This document shows, piece after piece, positions 9,046 to 17,370 of a stretch of DNA of 55,401 nucleotides (position 1 is the first letter of the stretch; each line of letters starts with the position of its first letter). A program made the position numbers and the translations under genes. The stretch is from NCBI GenBank assembly GCA_035711465.1, contig DASTCC010000256.1:1-55401 (forward strand). The letters are read 5' to 3'. The notes under the pieces were generated by a model, which saw only the letters and a list, made by a program, of their open reading frames with translations, was not told where the DNA came from and ran no database searches. Source of the DNA: Vicinamibacterales bacterium. Lineage in GTDB: Bacteria > Acidobacteriota > Vicinamibacteria > Vicinamibacterales > SCN-69-37.

Positions 9046-12000
9046 ATGCTTATACCCCTCGTGCGGTCTTCCGCTGTAGCTGCTCTATTTGTCTTTACGT
9101 CAGTTGCATCCGGCCAGCGGCCATCGTTTCCAGTGGAGCCGATGCCGCCCGCGACCGCCGTGATCCAGGCGCTCATCAACGAAGCCGCTGCCGTGGACGC
9201 GAAGAACGCCGCGAGAGCGCTCGAGCTCGCTGCCGCGGCCGTCGCTGCGGCCCGTCGTGCTGGTGACGTGTCCGGCGAAGCACAGGCGGAACGCCTGCGT
9301 GCGCAGCTGCTGTTCACCTTGAAGCGACCGGCGGACGCAATGGTCGCATGGCGAAGCGCGGAGGCTGCATGGGGGCGCATCAACGACGGGCCCGGTCAGG
9401 TGCAGGCCATCGCCTGGCAGTCGGTGCTCGAAGGTGACGTCGCGGCGAGCGCGGCGCTGCTCAAACGCGCGATGACGCTGGCCGAAGCCGAGACCGTGCG
9501 GCCTCGCGCTGCCGCTCTGCAATTGAGGACGATCACCCCGGTACTCGCGAACACGAACCGGCTCGCCGACGCGCGCCGAGTGTTCGAGGTGGTCGTCAAC
9601 GTGCAGCGTCGCGTTGCGGCTGATTCGGAGGAGCTGACCGAAAGTCTGGCCAATCTGGGTGTCGTCGCGTTCTTTCAGAGCGACTACGTCTCGGCGCGGG
9701 AGTACGGCGAACAGGCACTGGCCCACCAGTTGAAGATCGACCCACAGTCGGAAGATGTGTTGAGAAGTCTGAACATCCTCGGCAGCGTGACGAAAGAGCA
9801 GGCCGACTACACGGCGGCGCGAGACTATTTCGGGCGCTGCCTCGAGCTGGCTGCCCAACTCGCCCCCAACTCGCAGCGCGAAGCGGACTGCGCCGGGAAC
9901 ATCGGGCAGGTTGCGCGCGAACAGGGAGACCTCATCGCTGCCCGCCGCTATTACGAGCGTTCGCAGGCCATCAATCAGGCACGTAAGGATCCGGTCGAGG
10001 AGTCCAACAGCTTCGACGACATGGGTTCGCTCTATTACGACCTGGGTAACCTGGCTGAAGCCCGGACCAACTATCTGCGCGGGCTCGCGCTTCGCGAGCA
10101 GCAGGGCGATGCGTTTCCAATCGCCATCAGCTTTCACAACCTCGGATTGGTGGCAAGCGCCCAGGGCGACATCGAAAGCGCGCGAGACTACTTCGAGCGT
10201 GCGCTCGCCATGCATCGCAAGCTGGAGCGGCCCTCGCTGGACATGGCGAACACGCTGGTGAGTATCGGTTCGCTGCTCAGACAGCAGCGCGATCTTCCGG
10301 GTGCAAAGGACTACTTCTCTCGCGCGCTGGCCATGGCCGAGGAAGTGTCGCCTGGCACGCAGCTGTCCGCGAGCAGCCTCGGCAGCCTTGGCGTGATTGC
10401 GCTCCAGCAACGAGATTTCGCAAGCGCCGAACGTTACTTCAACCAGTCGCTGGCGCTGAGCGAAAAGCTCGCGCCCGGCTCTGTCCGCAGCGCGGTTGAC
10501 TTGAGTCAGCTCGGAATGACGGCATTCGAGCAAGGGGACTATGTCAGGGCCGAGGCGTTGCATCGGCGCGCGCTCGCGCTCAGAGAATCAGTCGCGCCGA
10601 ACATGCCCGGCATGGTCGACACCGTACACCTCCTTGCGAAGGTCCTCGACCGTGTCGGCAGGTCCGACGAGGCACTCGGACTCTCTCAGCGCGCCTGGGC
10701 CCTCGTCCGATTGCAGTCGGTCGGTATCGTCGGCGACGAAGCTCGACAGGCGTTCGAATCGCGGCACCAGGAGATCAATCAACAGCTGGTGCGGCTTCTG
10801 ATCGCCGCCGGCCGAGTGGACGAAGCGTTCGCGACGTCAGAGGATGGGCGCGCCAGAGCCCTGCTCGACCTGATGGGACAACGCAGCACTGTTCGCCGAC
10901 TGGCACCCGCCGATCGGTGGCAGCAATACGATGTCGCACAGGCGGCGACCAATCGCGCAGGGCGATCGCTGGAGGCGGCCGGCGAGGCCGAAGCTGCTGC
11001 CCGGCTGGCGCTCGAACGCGATGACGCGATCGAGACGACACCAATCGAGATCCGGCGGCAGCGGGTTGTCGATCGTCAGCAAGCGACGCGTGCAGCGCAG
11101 CAGGCCTATGCACGGGCGAGGGTCGAATCGGATCGACTGTGGGCGGAGATCAGAGCATCCATCGAGAACGTGATGCCAGCGCCTGTGAGCACGGCCGAAG
11201 CCCGGAGCATGCTGCCGGCTGGCACCGTGCTGTTGTCATTCAACCTCGACGAGGCTGGAGGCACGCTCTTCGTCGTCACGCGCGACGCTCCGGTGCGGGC
11301 GTTTCCATTGGCCATCGGTGTCGCAGACCTCGCCGCTCGTCTCGAAGCGCTGCGGCGACCGACGGCGGCCACCAGGGAAGTGCGCGGCGTCAGCCCGGTC
11401 CGGTCGGAAGAGCCGGGGGTGGCCGCAGGCCGTGTGCTCTATCAGACGTTGTTTCCGCTCGAGGCACGTCGCGCCATCGACAAGGCGCGTCGGATTCTGA
11501 TCGCTCCCGACGGCGTGCTCTGGGACCTGCCGTTTGCCGCGCTGATCATCAACGAGAAGGGCACGCCGCGCTATCTCGGGCTCGAGAAGCCGTTGAGCTA
11601 CGCGCAATCGCTGACGACGTTTGCACAGACAGCACGGATGGCGCCCGGTGACGGCATCGCGTCGAGCGTGCTCGTCGTCGGCAATCCGATGCTCGATCCG
11701 TCGGACGTGACGAGCGCCGCGGCGCCAGGCGGCGCACCGCCGGGAGCACAGCGTCGAGCCACCGGTGAACTCGCTCTGGTATCAGGCGACGGTACGGTGC
11801 CGCCGCCGTTGCCGTTCGCCGAGGCCGAAGCGAGGGCGGTCGCGAGGATCTACGGCGGCCGCGCGGCCACCGGATCCGAGCCGACCGAGGCCTGGTTCCG
11901 GGAGCGTGCCAGCCAGGCCGACGTCATTCACCTCGCCACACACGGCTACTTCAACAGCTTTCGCGCGATCGGCAGCGGCCTGAGGTTCGCCGTGCCTCGC

Positions 12001-12390
12001 GAACCGTCAACCGACACCGTCAACGACGGTGCGTTGCAGGCCTGGGAAGTGTTTACCGAGATTCCGCTCCGCGCATCGCTCGTCGTGCTCTCGGCGTGCG
12101 AAACCGGCGCGGGATCGAAGGTCGCGGGCGAGGGCCTCGTCGGTCTCACGCGCGCGTTTCAGGTTGCAGGCGCGGCGAGCATCGTCGCGACGCAGTGGAG
12201 TGTCGCCGACCAGAGCACGGCCACGGCGATGGTAGCGTTCCACCGCGGATTGCAACGGGGCCTTGCACGCGATGAGGCACTGCGCCAGGCGATGCGAGCA
12301 GTAGCTCGAGACAAGTCCACCGCCCATCCGTACTACTGGGCGCCATTTGTACTTGTGGGAGACGTGAACGCGATGAACGTCCGTCGATAG
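9046..12390 (+). CDS. Secreted TPR-repeat CHAT-domain (caspase-like) protease
   Basis: 1114 aa. Signal peptide MLIPLVRSSAVAALFVFTSVASG. Many TPR units (ANLGVVAFFQSDYVSAREYGEQAL, FHNLGLVASAQGDIESARDYFERAL, and so on). C-terminal CHAT domain with catalytic dyad contexts VIHLATHGYF and LVVLSACETG. Confidence 0.9.
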   Translation: MLIPLVRSSAVAALFVFTSVASGQRPSFPVEPMPPATAVIQALINEAAAVDAKNAARALELAAAAVAAARRAGDVSGEAQAERLRAQLLFTLKRPADAMVAWRSAEAAWGRINDGPGQVQAIAWQSVLEGDVAASAALLKRAMTLAEAETVRPRAAALQLRTITPVLANTNRLADARRVFEVVVNVQRRVAADSEELTESLANLGVVAFFQSDYVSAREYGEQALAHQLKIDPQSEDVLRSLNILGSVTKEQADYTAARDYFGRCLELAAQLAPNSQREADCAGNIGQVAREQGDLIAARRYYERSQAINQARKDPVEESNSFDDMGSLYYDLGNLAEARTNYLRGLALREQQGDAFPIAISFHNLGLVASAQGDIESARDYFERALAMHRKLERPSLDMANTLVSIGSLLRQQRDLPGAKDYFSRALAMAEEVSPGTQLSASSLGSLGVIALQQRDFASAERYFNQSLALSEKLAPGSVRSAVDLSQLGMTAFEQGDYVRAEALHRRALALRESVAPNMPGMVDTVHLLAKVLDRVGRSDEALGLSQRAWALVRLQSVGIVGDEARQAFESRHQEINQQLVRLLIAAGRVDEAFATSEDGRARALLDLMGQRSTVRRLAPADRWQQYDVAQAATNRAGRSLEAAGEAEAAARLALERDDAIETTPIEIRRQRVVDRQQATRAAQQAYARARVESDRLWAEIRASIENVMPAPVSTAEARSMLPAGTVLLSFNLDEAGGTLFVVTRDAPVRAFPLAIGVADLAARLEALRRPTAATREVRGVSPVRSEEPGVAAGRVLYQTLFPLEARRAIDKARRILIAPDGVLWDLPFAALIINEKGTPRYLGLEKPLSYAQSLTTFAQTARMAPGDGIASSVLVVGNPMLDPSDVTSAAAPGGAPPGAQRRATGELALVSGDGTVPPPLPFAEAEARAVARIYGGRAATGSEPTEAWFRERASQADVIHLATHGYFNSFRAIGSGLRFAVPREPSTDTVNDGALQAWEVFTEIPLRASLVVLSACETGAGSKVAGEGLVGLTRAFQVAGAASIVATQWSVADQSTATAMVAFHRGLQRGLARDEALRQAMRAVARDKSTAHPYYWAPFVLVGDVNAMNVRR

Positions 12391-12403
12391 CGGCGTTTCG
12401 AGC

Positions 12404-13057
12404 TCAATCGATCGACACCATCGCCGCCGAGACGACGGACCACGCGTTGTTCTCGTTGCGCAGGTCGAGCACGAGCGCCTCTCGTTTCTCGGCGCGGAGC
12501 AACACTTTGAAGGTCTCCGTTCCGCGGCTGATCGACATGATCGGCCAATCGGCTGGCACGTGACCGCCGGGTACTACCTCGGGCTGAGGCACCGGTGGAC
12601 CGCCGCGCACGAAGCGGACGAGTCCGAGGACTTCGTTGTCGCGCAGGCGGCCGCTGACCGTGAGTGGCCGGTTGACGTCCCGATCGCTCCTGATGTCGCC
12701 GAAATCGCGGTCGGCGATCCTCACCTGCGCCCAGTTGAACGTCGACTGCATCGACCACCCGGTCGCCGACATCGGCGACTTGACGATGAGCGTGCCGGTC
12801 CCGCGGCGGAGGTCCGCGGTCGTTGTCTGCGGCGGCTGGTAGGCCTCGACGGCGTGGACTCCGCGCGACGGCGAGTTCAGCCGGCCGTCTTCGGCGGCCA
12901 CGAGCCACACGGCGGATCCCATGGCGGCGGCCGCGTCGGCAATCGCGACCATGTCCCCGAGCGAGAGCCGGCGTGCCGCGTCGCCGAGCCTGATAGGTGC
13001 CTGAGGCGAAACCGCCTGGGGCAGCACGAATGCCAACAGAACGATGACGCTCAGCAT
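12404..13057 (-). CDS. Hypothetical secreted protein
   Basis: 217-aa ORF with N-terminal signal-like MLSVIVLLAFVLPQAVSPQA. No recognisable motif. Convergent with the CHAT gene (13-nt gap between stops). Confidence 0.5.
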   Translation of the reverse strand: MLSVIVLLAFVLPQAVSPQAPIRLGDAARRLSLGDMVAIADAAAAMGSAVWLVAAEDGRLNSPSRGVHAVEAYQPPQTTTADLRRGTGTLIVKSPMSATGWSMQSTFNWAQVRIADRDFGDIRSDRDVNRPLTVSGRLRDNEVLGLVRFVRGGPPVPQPEVVPGGHVPADWPIMSISRGTETFKVLLRAEKREALVLDLRNENNAWSVVSAAMVSID

Positions 13058-13139
13058 GGTGAGACATCCGATGCTAGCACCGCGTGCATCGAGCGGTGGG
13101 CGCGTCAGCCAATCAGGGCGCGCTTCCGCTCGCCCGACC

Positions 13140-13159
13140 GAGGCCGGGTTCCCGGCCTC
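13140..13159 (-). terminator. Short GC hairpin downstream of the thioredoxin-like gene
   Basis: GAGGCCGG-GTTC-CCGGCCTC, 8-bp stem, 30 nt after stop 13189. No U tract on the minus strand. Confidence 0.3.
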
Positions 13160-13188
13160 TTCATTCCGTCTGCCGGGGCCGATGCCTG

Positions 13189-13725
13189 CTATTCGATCGC
13201 TGAGAGAATCGTCCGCGTGCCTGAGAGCGACGGCGCCTTCGCGAGCTTCTCCAGCGAGGCGCGGTTCAGCCGGGATGGATGGGTGAACTCGGCGACGCGG
13301 CCGTCCTTGCCGATGACGACGACAAAAGGCAGTCCCGAGATCATGTAGTTGCGATACGTCTGGCCCTCGGCATCGAGCACGAGCCAGGCGCGCATCGGCG
13401 TCTTCTTGAGGAAGGCCTCGAGGGTTGGTCGGTCTTCATTGGCGACGGCGAGAAATACGATCGGCTGATCGCTGAGCTCGTCGGCAAGCGCATTCGTCTG
13501 CGGGACCGAGGCAACGCACGGCGCGCACCAGGTGGCAAAGAAGTCGAGCACGACGACCTTCCCGCGGAGGCTCTCAGGCGTCAGCGCCTTCGCGCTGGAC
13601 TCGGAGCGGTTGAGCACCTCAGCGAACGCATACGCAGGCGCGGCCGCGCCAATCTTCGGCAACGCCGCCGCCGCGCCACTCTGAAGAACCATCGCGACGA
13701 CGGCGGCGCGGGCGATGAACGTCAT
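13189..13725 (-). CDS. TlpA/ResA-like periplasmic thiol-disulfide oxidoreductase (thioredoxin fold)
   Basis: Start ATG 13725 (MTFIARAAVVAMVLQSG) with AGGAGG 9 nt upstream. VVVLDFFATWCAPCV CxxC motif. The rest of track ORF 13189..14325 overlaps sdpI in another frame. Confidence 0.8.
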   Translation of the reverse strand: MTFIARAAVVAMVLQSGAAAALPKIGAAAPAYAFAEVLNRSESSAKALTPESLRGKVVVLDFFATWCAPCVASVPQTNALADELSDQPIVFLAVANEDRPTLEAFLKKTPMRAWLVLDAEGQTYRNYMISGLPFVVVIGKDGRVAEFTHPSRLNRASLEKLAKAPSLSGTRTILSAIE

Positions 13726-13727
13726 GG

Positions 13728-14396
13728 TCAATTGCCTCCTTCGGCAGCGGTCGTGCGACGGTCTCCGCGCCATACCAGGTACGAGTACACCGTCGAGATC
13801 ACGATCGTCGGGATCAACGTCAGGAAGATCGTCCGCCGTGCAGCATCGGGATGGCTGAACGCGGTCAACAGCACGACAGTTCCTCCGGTGACGAACAGCC
13901 AGCCGGCAAGCCGATGCGTGCGCCGCCACGATTCCTCGCTCGTCAGCGTCCAGGGCGTCCGAATCCCGAAGAACCAGTTCGATTGAATCTTCGGCGCATA
14001 GTTGCCGATGATGACCATCAGCACGCCGACGATGATCGGCATCGCGATGCGAGGCTCGGTACGACCGGCGCGGATCGTCGCCACGGCGAACAGCTGCGCC
14101 GCGAAGAAGCCGGCAATGATTGCCGTTCGGACGACTGCGAGCGGATGGCGGAAGGTGAAGTAGTGTTCGCGACGGGGATCGACGAGCGGGAGGGAGACGA
14201 ACAAACCCCAGATGACCGCGGCCGTCACCGGCAACCCGAACAGTCCCCAGAAGCGGCTGGTTGTGCGTGGCGACTCCTGCCACGCGCTCCAGAGTGTCGG
14301 CACCTCGTCGGGCGCTCCCGGCCACGCGATCGCGCCGACGCCGACCATCGCGGCGATCATCGTCAGCGCGACGGCGTCGGTCCTCGAGACGGTCAC
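13728..14396 (-). CDS. sdpI: SdpI/YhfL-family integral membrane (immunity/signal-transduction) protein, DUF1648 + SdpI
   Basis: 222 aa, multi-TM. GNYAPKIQSNWFFGIRTPWTLTSEESWRRTHRLAGWLF matches the SdpI-family core (N..GiRtpWtl.se..W..thr). The stop lies 2 nt before the thioredoxin gene start. Confidence 0.7.
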   Translation of the reverse strand: MTVSRTDAVALTMIAAMVGVGAIAWPGAPDEVPTLWSAWQESPRTTSRFWGLFGLPVTAAVIWGLFVSLPLVDPRREHYFTFRHPLAVVRTAIIAGFFAAQLFAVATIRAGRTEPRIAMPIIVGVLMVIIGNYAPKIQSNWFFGIRTPWTLTSEESWRRTHRLAGWLFVTGGTVVLLTAFSHPDAARRTIFLTLIPTIVISTVYSYLVWRGDRRTTAAEGGN

Positions 14397-14710
14397 GCGC
14401 GCGCTCTCCGTCGACGCGTCAACGCGGCGCCCGTTCGCTGCGCAGCCGCATCGGCGGCGCCGAGCGTGTCCAGGAGAACGGCGATCGCTTCCTGGAGCAC
14501 CGACAGGTTGAGCCGGTAGTAGATCGTCTGGCCCCGACGATCGGTCTGCACGAGGTCGGCCGCCCGCAGCACGTTGAAGTGGGCGGTCAGCGTCGAACGG
14601 CTTTGCGGGAAACGATCCGCCAGCGCGCCCGCGGATTGCGGCCCGAGGCGAAGCACCCTGAGGATCTCACGACGAGTGGGATCGGCCAGCGCGCGGAACA
14701 CGTCGCTCAT
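14393..14710 (-). CDS. sdpR: ArsR/SmtB-family winged-helix repressor (SdpR-like)
   Basis: MSDVFRALADPTRREILRVL...STLTAHFNVLRAADLV...GQTIYYRLN = canonical ArsR HTH_20 pattern. 4-nt overlap with sdpI. Confidence 0.85.
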   Translation of the reverse strand: MSDVFRALADPTRREILRVLRLGPQSAGALADRFPQSRSTLTAHFNVLRAADLVQTDRRGQTIYYRLNLSVLQEAIAVLLDTLGAADAAAQRTGAALTRRRRARA

Positions 14711-14728
14711 CGCCGGAAGTCTACCATG

Positions 14729-14757
14729 TATTTCGATATATTGCGAAATACGAAATA
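14729..14757. promoter_or_regulatory. AT-rich operator-like inverted/direct repeats in the sdpR / oxidoreductase divergent region
   Basis: TATTTCG (14729..14735), 8 nt, CGAAATA (14744..14750), then a second CGAAATA (14751..14757). An AT island in GC-rich DNA, 19 nt upstream of the sdpR start. Confidence 0.4.
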
Positions 14758-14799
14758 GAGGGGCTGAGGGCGGTTTCCGCGGCCGCGTATACTCGCCAG

Positions 14800-16728
14800 G
14801 TGTCCGAAGATCGCGATCTCGGTCTCGGCGCGAAGATCACGCGCAAGGACTTTCTGAACGCCTCGCTGCTCGGCGTCGGTGGGCTGCTGATCGGCGCGCC
14901 GTCTCCGGCCGAATGGCTTGCGGACCGCGCCGGCGCCTTGGCTCGGCAACAGCCGGAGATCGACGCGTGGACGGGCTACGGCGGCGTCGGCGATTACGCC
15001 GCGTCGAACGGCAACACGCGTCCCGTGCTCGAGGCCGCCCATCGAGTCCGCGATGGCCGCTACTCGCCGCTTCCGAGCAACACCGTCGACACCGGCGAGC
15101 TCTACGACGTCGTCGTCATCGGCGGCGGCATCTCGGGGCTGACGGCGGCGTATCGAGTCGCCAAAGCGACGAATCGAGCGAAGACCTGTCTCGTCATCGA
15201 GAACCATCCGATGTTCGGCGGCGGGGCGAAGCGCAACGAGTTCAGCGTCAACGGCGTGAAGCTGGTCGGCCCGCAGGCGTCGAACCAGTTCGGCGTTCCG
15301 CGCGAAGGCACGACCTCGCTCGCCAACGAGATCTGGACCGACTTCGGATTGCCGCGCGCGTTCGCCTACCAGGACCTGGCGCCGGAGGCCGGTGATCTGA
15401 AGATTCCACTCGACAACTACGCGCACATGGACGGCGTCAACGAGACGCAGGTGGACGTCGGCTACTTCTTCGACGACAGGACCGGCGCGGCGAGGCCGAC
15501 CTGGCTGCGCAACATCTGGCGGAACGATCTCGCGGACACGCCCTTTCCGCCGGAGGTGAAACAGGATCTGCTGCGATGGCGCAGCACCAGCGGTGACGCG
15601 ACCGACGAGTTCCGCCGGAAGCTCGACACGATGACCTACGCCGAGTACCTCGAACGCGAGCTCAAACTGCGCCCCGAGGTGACGAAGTTCGTCGCGCCGA
15701 TCGTCGGGCTGATCAACGGCGCTGGACCGGACGGCGTGTCGGCGTTCGCGGCGGCGCAGATCGGCATGCCTGGCGTCGCGCGGGTGCGGTCGCGCACCGG
15801 GCCGCTGCCGCAGTCGTTTCCCGGCGGCAACACGACCTTCGCGCGCCACTTCGTGAAGTACCTGGTGCCCGAGGCCGTTGCGGGCTCGGCGAGCTTCGAA
15901 GACGTTCATCGCGGCCGCGTCGACGTGCGGCTGCTCGACCGCCGCGATCGGCCCGTCCGCATCCGGCTCGGCGCGACCGTCGTCCGCGTCCAGCACACGA
16001 GGACGGTGAACCACGGAGAGCATGTCGCCGTCGCCTACGAGCAGGCCGGGCGCGTGCACCTCGTCCACGCCCGCGCGGTCGTGCTCGCTTCGAACGGGAT
16101 GATGAATCGCGCGGTCGTGGCCGATCTGCCGGACGACATCGCGCGCGCCTACGGCGAGTTCATGCACGCGCCGGCGCTGGTCGTCAACGTGGCACTGAAC
16201 AACTGGCGCTTCCTGCACCGCCTCGGCGCGCCCTGCTGCCGGTGGTTCGACGACGAGTTTGGATTTTCGTGCAACATCCGCCGCGCGATGGTTGCCGGCG
16301 ACCCGCTGCCGCCGATGACGCCGGATCAGCCGATCGTGCTGACGTTCTACATGGGTCTGTACGCGCTCGGGCGTCCGCTCGCTGAACAGCTGTCGTCAGG
16401 CCGCGCGAGGCTCCTCCAGACGAGCTATGCCGACTACGAGCGTCTGATTCGCCGCCACATGACCCGTCTGTTCGCCGGCGCCGGCTTCGATGCCGCGCGC
16501 GACATCGCCGGCATCATCCTGAACCGCTGGGGTCACGCGCGCCTCGTGCAGCCGCCGGGGTTCTACTTCGGCCGCGACGGCAAGCCATCGGCGCGCGAGG
16601 TCGTCGCAAAGGGCTACGGCCGGGTTGCGATCGGACATTCGGAGCTGAACGGGCATCAGAGCGCGACTGGTGCGATGGCGCAGGGCCATCGGGTTGCCGA
16701 GCAAGTGCTCGCGCTACTGCCAGCTTAG
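14800..16728 (+). CDS. FAD/NAD(P)-binding amine-oxidase-like oxidoreductase (spermidine-dehydrogenase-like), Tat-like RK leader
   Basis: 642 aa, GTG start. AKITRKDFLNASLLGVGGLLIGAP resembles a Tat signal with RK in place of RR. YDVVVIGGGISGLTAAYRV Rossmann motif. Size and layout resemble SpdH-type flavoproteins (resemblance only). Confidence 0.7.
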   Translation: MSEDRDLGLGAKITRKDFLNASLLGVGGLLIGAPSPAEWLADRAGALARQQPEIDAWTGYGGVGDYAASNGNTRPVLEAAHRVRDGRYSPLPSNTVDTGELYDVVVIGGGISGLTAAYRVAKATNRAKTCLVIENHPMFGGGAKRNEFSVNGVKLVGPQASNQFGVPREGTTSLANEIWTDFGLPRAFAYQDLAPEAGDLKIPLDNYAHMDGVNETQVDVGYFFDDRTGAARPTWLRNIWRNDLADTPFPPEVKQDLLRWRSTSGDATDEFRRKLDTMTYAEYLERELKLRPEVTKFVAPIVGLINGAGPDGVSAFAAAQIGMPGVARVRSRTGPLPQSFPGGNTTFARHFVKYLVPEAVAGSASFEDVHRGRVDVRLLDRRDRPVRIRLGATVVRVQHTRTVNHGEHVAVAYEQAGRVHLVHARAVVLASNGMMNRAVVADLPDDIARAYGEFMHAPALVVNVALNNWRFLHRLGAPCCRWFDDEFGFSCNIRRAMVAGDPLPPMTPDQPIVLTFYMGLYALGRPLAEQLSSGRARLLQTSYADYERLIRRHMTRLFAGAGFDAARDIAGIILNRWGHARLVQPPGFYFGRDGKPSAREVVAKGYGRVAIGHSELNGHQSATGAMAQGHRVAEQVLALLPA

Positions 16729-16785
16729 AACTGAGAACTGAGAACTGAACTTAGAACTAGGGTTCTGGATTCTCAGTTCTCAGTT
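16729..16785. terminator. Bidirectional hairpin built from GAACTGA heptamer repeats
   Basis: AACTGAGAACTGAGAA (16729..16744) pairs perfectly with TTCTCAGTTCTCAGTT (16770..16785). Inner AGAAC/GTTCT pair also present. The left arm starts right after TAG 16726..16728, and the right arm contains the stop of the minus-strand remnant (16780). Confidence 0.6.
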
Positions 16786-17265
16786 GATCTCGCCCTCCGC
16801 TACCGCCGCCCGCCCTCTGACCTTGCCGGTCAACGACCGCAGAAACGCCAGCAGCGCCCGCTTCTCACGCGTCGAGAGGCCGAGCGGTTTGATGTCCGGG
16901 TCGAGTCCCGGATTCTGACGCCCGCCGCCATCGTAGAAGTCTATGACGTCGTCGAGCCGCGCCATCGAGCCGTCGTGCATGTACGGCGCGGTGCGGGCGA
17001 CCTCGCGCAGTGTCGGGGTCTTGAAGGCGCCCCGGTCTCGTTCGCGATTCGTGACCGCGAAGCGGCCAACGTCGCGGACGATCCGCGCCGCGGCGTCCCA
17101 GGCGACGCCGGTGTTGTGAAACGACTCGTCGGTGAACGTCGGTCCGACGTGGCAGACCGTGCAGTTGCCCTTGCCGCGAAAGATCTGCAGTCCGGCCACC
17201 GCTTCAGCCGACATCGCGCCCTCGCCGTTGAGGTAGCGATCGTACGACGAGTTCGCGGCGAGCAG
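16780..17265 (-). pseudogene. Truncated di-haem cytochrome c peroxidase (CCP/MauG family): C-terminal haem domain only
   Basis: ORF 16780..17214 has the second-haem CTVCH, FKTPTLREVARTAPYMHDGS and LLAFLRSL blocks. Family-like sequence LLAANSSYDRYLNGEGA continues 17 codons upstream of the ATG, then hits an in-frame stop (17314..17316). There is no N-terminal haem domain and no signal peptide. Confidence 0.6.
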
Positions 17266-17334
17266 CGAAAGGCTTGAAAGAAGAACCTCCTCAAGCCTGC
17301 ACGCCTCGAGCCTTCAAGCCTTGACGCTGGAGGC

Positions 17335-17363
17335 GGCAATCAGAGCTCTGAGCTCCAATTGCC
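17335..17363 (-). terminator. Possible hairpin after PAL-like gene 17371..18507
   Basis: GGCAAT-tg-GAGCT / AGCTC-tg-ATTGCC on the minus strand, with a 2-nt internal mismatch. No U tract. Confidence 0.25.
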
Positions 17364-17370
17364 GTCGATG

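Noticed and set aside
10745-10760. tRNA-like T-loop sequence GTTCGAATC
   Set aside because: It lies inside the CHAT coding frame. No acceptor, D or anticodon stems can be drawn around it. No tRNA or rRNA genes were found anywhere in the window.
14707-16218. 503-aa minus-strand ORF
   Set aside because: Fully antisense to the flavin oxidoreductase (14800..16728), which has a clear Rossmann motif. Typical GC-rich shadow ORF (R/A/V/D-rich, no motif).
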